A DNA stretch of 51,271 nucleotides from Alphaproteobacteria bacterium CG_4_10_14_0_8_um_filter_53_9 (lineage in GTDB: Bacteria; Pseudomonadota; Alphaproteobacteria; UBA2136; UBA6156): NCBI GenBank assembly GCA_002791805.1, contig PFND01000048.1, positions 1 through 51,271 of the forward strand, written 5' to 3'. Within the stretch, counting starts at the first letter, position 1. The number at the start of each line of letters is the position of its first letter. The translations under genes and the position numbers were made by a program. Positions 42,912 to 50,820 of the stretch are shown here, one piece after another. The notes under the pieces were generated by a model. The model saw only the letters and a list, made by a program, of their open reading frames with translations, ran no database searches and was not told where the DNA came from.

Positions 42912-43658
42912 ATGGAACGCTACCCGCGCCCCCTTATTTTAGCGTATCGGCACAGTTTGACCTTTATGAGACGGCTGCCGATTTTTTTAGGCATGTACGT
43001 GCTGGTACCCCTGATTACCCTTTATGGCTTGCACCGCGGGTTTAAACTGGACGACACGCAGGCCGCGTTTATGGTGCCCGGCTTTATGGTGAATGCGGCG
43101 GCGAGTGCGGCCTTTATTTCCACGATTTACGGCAGCCTGATGCGGTTGACGATGCAGGGAAGTTACCAATCTTGGCTTGCGGCAACGCTGAGCGTTCATC
43201 ATGTTTTGCAGGCGGATGTTTTGTGGAATGCCACGAGGAGCACGTTTGCGGGCCTTGGGATTGGGATTGCCGGAGGCTGGCTGATGGGAAACCTGAGTTT
43301 TATGGGTTTGTTGTTTGCCATGCCGGGGGTTATTTTGGCCTCTCTGGCGGCGTCTCTTTTAGGGATGGTTATTGTGAGCCGCGCTTACGGATTTGATGAT
43401 GTCTCTGTTTATGAGCCTGTGATTGCGGCGGTGTTTGTGTTTAGTGGTGTGTTTGCGCCTGTGACGTACTACCCTGAAGCTGTGCAGTGGCTGATGACGC
43501 TTCAACCGATTTACCACGGGATTATGGTGTCTCGCCCCGCGTATAACCTAGAGCTGACGTGGGGCGTGGCCTTTATTCATTTTTCTGTTCTGCTGGCGAT
43601 GTGCGGTGTGTTTTATGCGCTGGCTTACCGGTTGCTCTCGCGCCGGCTGATTACTTAG
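42912..43658 (+). CDS. ABC-2 type permease, copy 1
   Basis: Six-TM hydrophobic profile. It follows the ATPase by 3 nt. Confidence 0.75.
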   Translation: MERYPRPLILAYRHSLTFMRRLPIFLGMYVLVPLITLYGLHRGFKLDDTQAAFMVPGFMVNAAASAAFISTIYGSLMRLTMQGSYQSWLAATLSVHHVLQADVLWNATRSTFAGLGIGIAGGWLMGNLSFMGLLFAMPGVILASLAASLLGMVIVSRAYGFDDVSVYEPVIAAVFVFSGVFAPVTYYPEAVQWLMTLQPIYHGIMVSRPAYNLELTWGVAFIHFSVLLAMCGVFYALAYRLLSRRLIT

Positions 43659-43673
43659 GTTTGCCTGAACTCC

Positions 43674-44432
43674 ATGTTGTTTGGCTTTTTTCCGCTTATC
43701 TACCGTAACTTGTTAAGCTGGCGGCCTTATGCGCCTGTTTATTATTTGAGATTGTTTGAAGTGCCTGTTCAGATTTACGGATTTGGTTTGGGGCTTGCGC
43801 TTATGGCGACCCAGCTACCCGTGGACAACTACACCCAGTATATCTTTCCCGGGATGCTGGTGTGGATGTTCTGGCTGACGATTATTATTGATGCGACGTA
43901 CATAACGTTTATGAAAGCTTTTGGGCAGCGCTTGTGGGGGGCAATTCTTGCAACGCCTATCAAACTTACCACTATTTTGCTGGCCGATGCGCTGGTGGCC
44001 CTTGTGAAAGGAACGACGCTGTATATTCTGTTTTATCCGATTGGAATATGGCTGGATGCGATCCCTTCCAGCGCAGGGTATGCGCTCGCTATCTTCCCCA
44101 TGGCAGTTTACATGCTGATGGTGACATCCCTTGGGCACTTTCTGTGCTCGCTCGCCCGACACGAGTATGATTTTGATTATATCTGGCCTGTATTTGTGGG
44201 GCCGATGTTTGTCTTTTCCGGCATTTTTTACCCGCTAACGAGTTTGCCTTTATGGGCACAAAACCTTTCCACCCTCTTCCCCATGACCCATGCGATTGCG
44301 GCGGTGCGGCCTTTGATTTTGGGGACAGCCGAGATGAGTGTTGTGGTGAGCCATACGGCAGTGTTGGCGGGAATGGCGGTTGTGTTTTTCATACTTAGCC
44401 ATCACTTCTTTAAGAAGCGCTTGTTTGAATAG
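43674..44432 (+). CDS. ABC-2 type permease, copy 2
   Basis: Six-TM profile. The C-terminus ...FFKKRLFE parallels copy 3. Confidence 0.75.
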   Translation: MLFGFFPLIYRNLLSWRPYAPVYYLRLFEVPVQIYGFGLGLALMATQLPVDNYTQYIFPGMLVWMFWLTIIIDATYITFMKAFGQRLWGAILATPIKLTTILLADALVALVKGTTLYILFYPIGIWLDAIPSSAGYALAIFPMAVYMLMVTSLGHFLCSLARHEYDFDYIWPVFVGPMFVFSGIFYPLTSLPLWAQNLSTLFPMTHAIAAVRPLILGTAEMSVVVSHTAVLAGMAVVFFILSHHFFKKRLFE

Positions 44433-44436
44433 GTTT

Positions 44437-45201
44437 ATGGCGATGTGGCTTCCTTTTGCTTTATGCTACCGAGAGCTTTTGGCGTTTCGGCGTCAGGCAC
44501 GGCAGTTTATCACCCTTCGGCTGATTGACCCGCTGGTTTACTTTTTTGGGATTAGTATTGGCTTTGGCCACCTGATTGCGACCCAAGGGGGCGTGGACTA
44601 CAAGACTTTTATCTTTCCAGGATTTATGGCGATCGGGTGCCTTTATTTAGGTGTCATCCAAGGCGCTCATATTGCGTTTTGGCGCATGGAACTTTTGAAG
44701 ATGTGGCAGGCGATGCTGGCGACCCCCATGCGATTGCGCGATATTATGATGGGCGAAATGCTGACGGTGGGGGCGAAAACGATTTTGGTTGTGATGTTGC
44801 TGAGCCTTGTGGGCGTGCTTTTGGGGATTCATTTTAGCTGGGTGGGGCTTTTGCTGAGTTTGCCTGTGTTTGTTTTGGGATCTTTCGCGCATATGGCGAT
44901 TGCTTACAATATTTCTGCCCGTGCCCACAGTATGGATGATTTTGACATTGTGTGGCTGCTGCTGATTACGCCCCAGATTACGCTTTGCGGTGCCATGTTC
45001 TCGACAGATCATTTTCCCGACTGGCTTAGCCTTCTTATCCAGATTTTTCCGATTACGCATGTGATTGAGGTGGCGAGGCCACTTCTCTTGCAGACGGCGG
45101 AGCTGCTGCCGGTGCTGGGGCATGTGAGTGTTCTGGTTTTACAAACAGGGATATTTTTTGCTTTGGCGCACTACCAGTTTAAGAAGCGCTTGTTTGCATA
45201 G
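44437..45201 (+). CDS. ABC-2 type permease, copy 3
   Basis: I prefer the ATG at 44437, 4 nt after the copy-2 stop. The C-terminus is ...QFKKRLFA. It shares the IFPGM and FP(M/I)TH blocks with copy 2. Confidence 0.75.
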   Translation: MAMWLPFALCYRELLAFRRQARQFITLRLIDPLVYFFGISIGFGHLIATQGGVDYKTFIFPGFMAIGCLYLGVIQGAHIAFWRMELLKMWQAMLATPMRLRDIMMGEMLTVGAKTILVVMLLSLVGVLLGIHFSWVGLLLSLPVFVLGSFAHMAIAYNISARAHSMDDFDIVWLLLITPQITLCGAMFSTDHFPDWLSLLIQIFPITHVIEVARPLLLQTAELLPVLGHVSVLVLQTGIFFALAHYQFKKRLFA

Positions 45202-45282
45202 GTTTTTTTGGGGCGGGGGGTGTTTTTGGTCTTGTTTTTTGGGAAAAGTTGATGCATGTTGCCCCTTAGATAACGGGAGGTT

Positions 45283-45567
45283 TTGACCATGACAAAAAGT
45301 GAACTTGTAGGACGGATGTCCGCCAAATACCCTGACTTGCACGCGCAGGATATGGAACGTTTGGTGAATACGATTTTTGACGAAATTACGGATGCTCTGG
45401 CCGAAGGTGGCCGCGTGGAGCTGCGCGGACTGGGCAGCTTTAGTGTGCGCGAGCGCGCCGCCCGCCAAGGCCGCAACCCCCGCACCGGTGACACCGTTCT
45501 GGTGCCCTCCAAAAAAGTACCTTTCTTCAAGTGTGGTAAAGAACTCCGCCAGCGCGTGAACAAGTAA
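45283..45567 (+). CDS. ihfB: Integration host factor subunit beta
   Basis: [48 protein letters not shown] is GGGAGG. Confidence 0.93.
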   Translation: MTMTKSELVGRMSAKYPDLHAQDMERLVNTIFDEITDALAEGGRVELRGLGSFSVRERAARQGRNPRTGDTVLVPSKKVPFFKCGKELRQRVNK

Positions 45568-45571
45568 CGAT

Positions 45572-46189
45572 TTGGACATGCTCCGCATGGGACACTGGAG
45601 ACAAACGAGCGGCGTTTTGACCGCTCTTTTTTGTACCGTGAGTGCCGTGGCGGTGGCGGGAGTTCGGGTGCAGTTTGAGGGGCCTGACGGCCTTGCCGAG
45701 ACGGTTCTGGTAAGTGGCACCACGTATGCCAGTGCCACGTTGCCCGGGGCGCTCGCCCTGCCTGCGGCGGCCATGATAACACCCACGATTGTGCCGCTGG
45801 CCAGTGTGCTGGGGGATGATGAGGTGAGTGACGCGGTAAGTGCAACGGCGGCGGTGAGTGAGACTGAGATTTTGACGCTCCCCTTGCGAACCAATGTGCA
45901 AAAAACAGCGTGTGTGCAGGCTTTGAAGTTAGTGCAGCGTATGGGCGCTTTGGGGGCTGCAGGGGGGGGCGATAAAGACTTTTTGGCTGTGGTGAGCGAG
46001 GCGGCGATGCTGGAGATTGCCGTTTTGAATGATGAGCCCGGTGCCCTGAAGCCCCTTGAGCGCGCCTTTAAGCGTGTGGGCCGGAATGAAAAGCTGAAAG
46101 ACGAGATGGGACAGGCGATTACCTATGCCACAAGCCTGTGTGCGGTGCGTGAGGCGCCCGTCAAGGTGGAGATGTTGCGGCCTCGGTGA
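45572..46189 (+). CDS. Hypothetical protein (possible signal anchor)
   Basis: The ORF starts 4 nt after ihfB. Overlapping antisense ORFs look like shadow frames. Confidence 0.45.
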   Translation: MDMLRMGHWRQTSGVLTALFCTVSAVAVAGVRVQFEGPDGLAETVLVSGTTYASATLPGALALPAAAMITPTIVPLASVLGDDEVSDAVSATAAVSETEILTLPLRTNVQKTACVQALKLVQRMGALGAAGGGDKDFLAVVSEAAMLEIAVLNDEPGALKPLERAFKRVGRNEKLKDEMGQAITYATSLCAVREAPVKVEMLRPR

Positions 46190-46236
46190 GGTTTTTAGGT
46201 AACAGAGGGGGTAAGATATGCCTTTATTTTAGGCAG

Positions 46237-46419
46237 ATGTTCTGGACTTTTGGGAGGAGAAGCAGAGACTTGGGGGGCTGGTATAGCGTTACGTTTGTTG
46301 CCTTCGGGCTTTTTTGGGGAGACGGGGATATGGGAACTGCTTTGATTTGTATGGTGCTGGGCATGTTTGTCTGGACGACTTTTTCGGCGATGAAGAATCG
46401 CTTTCGGACGGATCCGTGA
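46237..46419 (+). CDS. Possible small two-TM membrane protein
   Basis: MFWTFGRRSRDLGGWYSVTFVAFGLFW...LICMVLGMFVWTTF. The SD is weak and the start is uncertain (the ORF is open from 46186). Confidence 0.3.
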   Translation: MFWTFGRRSRDLGGWYSVTFVAFGLFWGDGDMGTALICMVLGMFVWTTFSAMKNRFRTDP

Positions 46420-46437
46420 CGCCCAATGAGATTATGA

Positions 46438-46470
46438 GAAACGGCGGCCCTTGAGCCGCCGTTTCTTTTG
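46438..46470. terminator. Bidirectional terminator (convergent with ppa)
   Basis: GAAACGGCGGC, loop, GCCGCCGTTTC, then TTTT. Confidence 0.8.
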
Positions 46471-46480
46471 TGAGATGCGG

Positions 46481-47017
46481 TTATTTTTTCGCGTCTTCGA
46501 TGCCTTTGAGAATAATCTCTTTGGCTTCGGCGGCGTTACCCCAGCCTTCCACTTTCACCCATTTGCCGGGCTCCAAATTTTTGTAGTGGGCGTAGAACTG
46601 CTCCAGCTGCTGGCGGAACATCTCCGGCAGATCGGTGTACTCCTGAATCGTCTCGAAGCGAGGATCCAGCTTTTTGTGGGGAACGCAGACGAGTTTGGCA
46701 TCTTCGCCTGATTCATCTGTGGTTTTGAGGTAGCCCACAGGACGTGCGCGGATGATGCAGCCCGGGGTGACGGGGATATCTGTATAAACAAAGGCGTCTA
46801 CGGGATCACCGTCTCCGCCCAGGGTTTGATTGATGAAGCCATAATGTGCCGGGAAGACCATGGGCATGGGGGCGAATCTATCCACAAACAGCAGGCCTGT
46901 GTCCTTGTCCACCTCGTATTTGATGTGGGCGACGTGGCGGGGGTTTTCTATGACAACATAAATATCTTCGGGGGCCTCTTTGCCGGCGGGAAGGTTGGTG
47001 AGGTTACTTTGGCTCAT
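46481..47017 (-). CDS. ppa: Inorganic pyrophosphatase
   Basis: YGFINQTLGGDGDPVDAFV and the overall family I PPase pattern. Confidence 0.95.
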   Translation of the reverse strand: MSQSNLTNLPAGKEAPEDIYVVIENPRHVAHIKYEVDKDTGLLFVDRFAPMPMVFPAHYGFINQTLGGDGDPVDAFVYTDIPVTPGCIIRARPVGYLKTTDESGEDAKLVCVPHKKLDPRFETIQEYTDLPEMFRQQLEQFYAHYKNLEPGKWVKVEGWGNAAEAKEIILKGIEDAKK

Positions 47018-47150
47018 GCACGTTTGGCTTTCTTTAAGGTTGAATGACGGGATTTATAGGGGATGGTGTCATGTGTGGCAAGGGGAGACGTGCTGCCTTT
47101 GGTGCTTTTTGGTTGCTGACAAGCCGCCCCTTTTTGGATAGGGTGGCGGG

Positions 47151-47990
47151 ATGAGCTGGCTTACCAATTTTAGCAAACCCAAGATTTCTACCCGCAAAAA
47201 ACGCGGGGTGAGCGCCAGTGTGTGGGCGAAATGCCCCGCCTGTGGCGACCTGATTTATGACCAGGACCTTGTGCCCAACCTTTATGTGTGCGGCGCGTGC
47301 GGCCACCATTTGCGCTGGCCGTTAAAAGAGCGCCTTGCCGCGTGGTTTGACAAGGGGCTTTATACCGAGATTCCGGTCCCTCATATGCCTGATGACCCCT
47401 TGCAGTTTAAAGACCGCAAGCGGTACAAAGACCGCCTGAAAGAGGCCCGCAAGGCGACAGGCCGCGAGGATGCCTTTGTGGTGGCGAGCGGTGAGGTGGG
47501 GGGCAACCCCTGTGTGGTGGTGGCGCTGGATTTTGATTTTATGGCCGGCAGTATGAGCCGTGCGGTGGGTGAAGCTGTGGTGGTGGCCGCACAAGCTGCA
47601 CAGGCTGCCAAAACCCCCTTGCTGGCCGTGACGGCGAGCGGCGGGGCCCGGATGCAGGAAAGTGTGTTCTCCCTTATGCAAATGGCCCGCACCACGGCGG
47701 CGTTGGCAGATTTGCGCGAAGCGGGCGTGCCTTATATTGTGATGCTTGCTGACCCCACCACGGGGGGTGTGACGGCCAGTTTTGCGATGCTGGGAGATGT
47801 GACGCTGGCCGAGCCTGGCGCCCTTATTGGTTTTGCAGGCCCGCGTGTGATTGCCCAGACGATTGGCGGGACGCTGCCTGAGGGTTTTCAACGCGCTGAA
47901 TATTTAAAAGAACACGGTATGGTGGATGCTGTGGTGGCCCGTGGGGCCCAGAAAACGACCATCGCCCGCCTCATCTCCCTCTTGGGGTGA
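47151..47990 (+). CDS. accD: Acetyl-CoA carboxylase carboxyltransferase subunit beta
   Basis: N-terminal zinc ribbon CPACGDLIY...CGACGHH and the carboxyltransferase domain GGARMQE. Confidence 0.95.
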   Translation: MSWLTNFSKPKISTRKKRGVSASVWAKCPACGDLIYDQDLVPNLYVCGACGHHLRWPLKERLAAWFDKGLYTEIPVPHMPDDPLQFKDRKRYKDRLKEARKATGREDAFVVASGEVGGNPCVVVALDFDFMAGSMSRAVGEAVVVAAQAAQAAKTPLLAVTASGGARMQESVFSLMQMARTTAALADLREAGVPYIVMLADPTTGGVTASFAMLGDVTLAEPGALIGFAGPRVIAQTIGGTLPEGFQRAEYLKEHGMVDAVVARGAQKTTIARLISLLG

Positions 47991-48006
47991 TGGGCGGGCG
48001 AATGTG

Positions 48007-48231
48007 TCAGGCAGCCTTCCTTTCGATGATCGGGTTGTCTTTCACCCAAGTATAGAGTGCCATGAAGCGCTGGCCAGGCATGCCTCCAATAAGAGGATAT
48101 CCCATGTCCGTTGCAAAACTTCGAGCTTCCTTACCAGCCGTTTTGATGGCGCCTGGAAAGGCTTTCCTGAAAGCCCTCATTTCCTCGATGCGCATTTCGC
48201 AAAAAGGTGCCGCATTTTTTTTGTGTGCCAT
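48007..48231 (-). CDS. Hypothetical 74-aa protein
   Basis: GGAGGA lies 4 nt upstream of the ATG. The stop of an upstream ORF abuts its start. Confidence 0.5.
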   Translation of the reverse strand: MAHKKNAAPFCEMRIEEMRAFRKAFPGAIKTAGKEARSFATDMGYPLIGGMPGQRFMALYTWVKDNPIIERKAA

Positions 48232-48489
48232 TTAGTCCTCCGGATAGTCCCCAAGCTGGCATGGCTTTTGGCCAGCGTGGGGTTGGTGATAAAACGTAAT
48301 ATGGGCGAACAGGGGTACGCAGTACCAAGCCCCATGAAAAGTAACATAGCCCTTTGGGTGATAGAAATCAAGGGGTTGGGTTTTGGATGCTGATGTGGGT
48401 GTGGCGGGGGCGTTGCACTGTGTGGAGGGGATGATTTTGAGTGTAGAGAGGGCTTGACGCGGGGTGGGGGCTGAGGTATACGGCTGCAT
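48232..48489 (-). CDS. Possible 85-aa protein (low-complexity N-half; start uncertain)
   Basis: The ORF ends with TAA immediately before the ATG at 48231. Only the C-terminal half (LDFYHPKGYVTFHGAWYCVPLF...) looks protein-like. Confidence 0.25.
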   Translation of the reverse strand: MQPYTSAPTPRQALSTLKIIPSTQCNAPATPTSASKTQPLDFYHPKGYVTFHGAWYCVPLFAHITFYHQPHAGQKPCQLGDYPED

Positions 48490-48639
48490 AAGACGAGTAG
48501 AGATGGCCCCTAAGTGACGTGCAAGACTGTCCGCCTCCCTCTGCGAATATGAACTCCATGTTGATTTTTAAGGAAATCAATGGGCGGCTCCTCCTTCTTT
48601 TCTTGCAAGGGAGCCAAAGGAAAAAAAGGACATACCATT

Positions 48640-48993
48640 ATGGCCGGATTTAAGCTGAAGACCCGCAAAGCTGCGGCGAAGCGTTTTCGTAAAGTGACCG
48701 GTACGGGTAAAATCGTACGCTCTAAGGGTGCTCATGGGCACTTCCTCTCCAAGCGTGGTCAACAAGCCCGCGACAGCCAAGGCACGACCCTTGTGCATGA
48801 AAGCAACTACGACCAAGTGTGTGCGCTTCTCCCTAACCTGGGTGCCAAACGCAAACGGACACAGGCGCTGAAAAACGCCATGCGTCGTGCTAAAGAAGCG
48901 CTCTCTGGCACCAAGCCAGCGGCTAAAAAAGCTGTGGCTGTTAAAGCCCCTGTCAAAAAAGCAGCCCCCAAGGCTGCGGCCAGCGCTGAATAG
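48640..48993 (+). CDS. rpmI: 50S ribosomal protein L35 with a ~50-aa Lys/Ala/Pro-rich C-terminal extension
   Basis: KLKTRKAAAKRFRKVTGTGKIVR...LLP is L35. I prefer the start at 48640 (AAAGGA upstream). The tail is GAKRKRTQALKNAMRRAKEALSGTKPAAKKAVAVKAPVKKAAPKAAASAE. Confidence 0.85.
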   Translation: MAGFKLKTRKAAAKRFRKVTGTGKIVRSKGAHGHFLSKRGQQARDSQGTTLVHESNYDQVCALLPNLGAKRKRTQALKNAMRRAKEALSGTKPAAKKAVAVKAPVKKAAPKAAASAE

Positions 48994-49020
48994 CCCCGAG
49001 ATATAAAGGAGATTTAAGAT

Positions 49021-49380
49021 ATGACACGTGCAACCTACGGTGCCGGTAACCGCCGCCGCCACAAAAAAATATTGAAAATGGCCAAGGGTTACCGCGGCCG
49101 CGCTAAAAGTTGTTTCCGCGTTGCGATTGAGAAGGTTGAAAAGGCCCTCCAGTACCAGTACCGCGACCGTCGGAACAAAAAACGCGAGTTTCGTGCCCTT
49201 TGGATCCAGCGTATTAACGCCGGTGCCCGTATGGAAGGCCTGAGCTACTCTGTGCTGATGAACGGCATTAAAAAAGCCAACATCGACATTGACCGCAAAG
49301 TGCTCGCCCACCTCGCCATGGAAGACTTCCCCGCGTTTAAAGCGATTGTGGACTCTGCCAAGGTTGCTTTGAGCAAGTAA
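49021..49380 (+). CDS. rplT: 50S ribosomal protein L20
   Basis: [24 protein letters not shown]...[20 protein letters not shown]. Confidence 0.95.
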   Translation: MTRATYGAGNRRRHKKILKMAKGYRGRAKSCFRVAIEKVEKALQYQYRDRRNKKREFRALWIQRINAGARMEGLSYSVLMNGIKKANIDIDRKVLAHLAMEDFPAFKAIVDSAKVALSK

Positions 49381-49397
49381 GTGCTCTTTGCGCAAAA

Positions 49398-49420
49398 GGC
49401 CCTCGGTGAGGGCCTTTTTT
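49398..49420 (+). terminator. Intrinsic terminator/attenuator after rplT
   Basis: GGCCCTC, short loop, GAGGGCC, then a T6 run. Confidence 0.75.
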
Positions 49421-49469
49421 GTTGCTGTTGTGCTTGGCTTTGGTGAGACTTTTAGGTAGGGTGCGCTTT

Positions 49470-50549
49470 ATGGATTTAGAGATTTTGAAGACACAGGCTT
49501 TGGATGCGGTGGCGGGGACCCCTGATTTGGGTGCCTTAGAGGCTGTGCGCGTGCGGTTTATGGGTGGAAAAGGCGAGATTACCGAGCTTTTGAAGGGGCT
49601 TGGGGCTATGGCGCCTGACGAGCGCAAGGTGCAGGGGGCGGCGATTCATACCGTGAAAGAAGCTTTTCTTGTCGCATTTGCCGAGAAAAAAGAGGCCCTT
49701 GAGGCCGAGGCGTTGGCCGCCAAGCTGGCTGAAGAAGCCGTGGATGTGACCTTGCCGGGCGCCCCTGTATATGTGCCTGTGGGCGGTGGAAAAATCCACC
49801 CCTTAACCCTTGCCATGGAAGAAATTGCCGCCAGCCTGAAGCGCCTTGGGTTTGTGCACGCGTTTGGCCCCGAGCTTGAAACCGATGACTACAACTTTAC
49901 GAAGCTCAACCTGCCTTTGCACCACCCGGCGCGCCAAGATCAGGACACATTTTATGTGACCGAACGCGATGACAAAGGTTTGCGCAAAGTTTTGCGGACG
50001 CAAACCAGTAATGTGCAGATACGCACCCTTGAAGCCCATAAGCCGCCGTTCCGCGTGATGGGGGTTGGGCGGGTTTATCGTCGTGACTATGATTTGACCC
50101 ACACGCCCCAGTTTCATCAGGTAGAAGGCATGATGGTGGAGACAGGCACCACGTTTGCGAACATGATTGCCGTGCTGAATGCCTTTTTGGCTCAGTTTTT
50201 TGAGCAGGACGTGGTGACGCGTCTTCGTCCGCATTATTTTCCGTTCACCGAACCTTCTGCCGAGATGGATATGAAGTGCGTTTTTTGCAAAGGCGAGGGG
50301 TGCCGGGTGTGTAAAGACACAGGCTGGCTGGAGATTTTGGGCTGCGGGATGGTCCACCGCAATGTGTTGGCTGTGGGAGAGGTGGGACCCGGGGCGGGAG
50401 AGATGCAGAAAATATCTGGCTTTGCCTTTGGCGCAGGGGTTGAACGTTTGGCCATGCTCAAGTATGGTATCGGTGACTTGAGGTTGTTCTATGAGAGCTA
50501 TGGTGCCTTTTTGGACCATTACGGTAAAGCTCCTATAGCGGCGGCCTGA
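49470..50549 (+). CDS. pheS: Phenylalanine--tRNA ligase alpha subunit
   Basis: Class II motifs, including FPFTEPSAEMD and GFAFGAGVERLAM. Start at 49470 (MDLEILK). Confidence 0.95.
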   Translation: MDLEILKTQALDAVAGTPDLGALEAVRVRFMGGKGEITELLKGLGAMAPDERKVQGAAIHTVKEAFLVAFAEKKEALEAEALAAKLAEEAVDVTLPGAPVYVPVGGGKIHPLTLAMEEIAASLKRLGFVHAFGPELETDDYNFTKLNLPLHHPARQDQDTFYVTERDDKGLRKVLRTQTSNVQIRTLEAHKPPFRVMGVGRVYRRDYDLTHTPQFHQVEGMMVETGTTFANMIAVLNAFLAQFFEQDVVTRLRPHYFPFTEPSAEMDMKCVFCKGEGCRVCKDTGWLEILGCGMVHRNVLAVGEVGPGAGEMQKISGFAFGAGVERLAMLKYGIGDLRLFYESYGAFLDHYGKAPIAAA

Positions 50550-50584
50550 CCCTGTCGGACAGAATAACAGAGGGAGACTTCTCC

Positions 50585-50746
50585 ATGAAAAATATCGCAC
50601 TTGCTTTAGCTGCTTTGGGCCTTGCCGCTTGCAGCACCACCACAACCTGTGTTCAACCTGACCCTGTGGAGCCAAGCAGCACATCTGGCTGCTGGAACCA
50701 AGGTATTGACTGCGGCACCCCCATTGATGGTGTGAATGTCCAGTAA
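50585..50746 (+). CDS. 53-aa Cys-rich lipoprotein (below the ORF-track cutoff)
   Basis: The hand translation is MKNIALALAALGLAACSTTTTCVQPDPVEPSSTSGCWNQGIDCGTPIDGVNVQ*. It has the lipobox LAAC and GGGAGA upstream, with its own terminator downstream. Confidence 0.55.
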   Translation: MKNIALALAALGLAACSTTTTCVQPDPVEPSSTSGCWNQGIDCGTPIDGVNVQ

Positions 50747-50765
50747 CCCTTTGGGTTTTACGAGA

Positions 50766-50793
50766 GAAGAGCCCTTTGGGCTCTTTCTTTTTT
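50766..50793 (+). terminator. Intrinsic terminator between the mini-lipoprotein gene and pheT
   Basis: AGAGCCC, loop TTT, GGGCTCT, then TTCTTTTTT. Confidence 0.75.
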
Positions 50794-50820
50794 GGCGGTT
50801 TTGAGGTATTTCTTTTTGTT

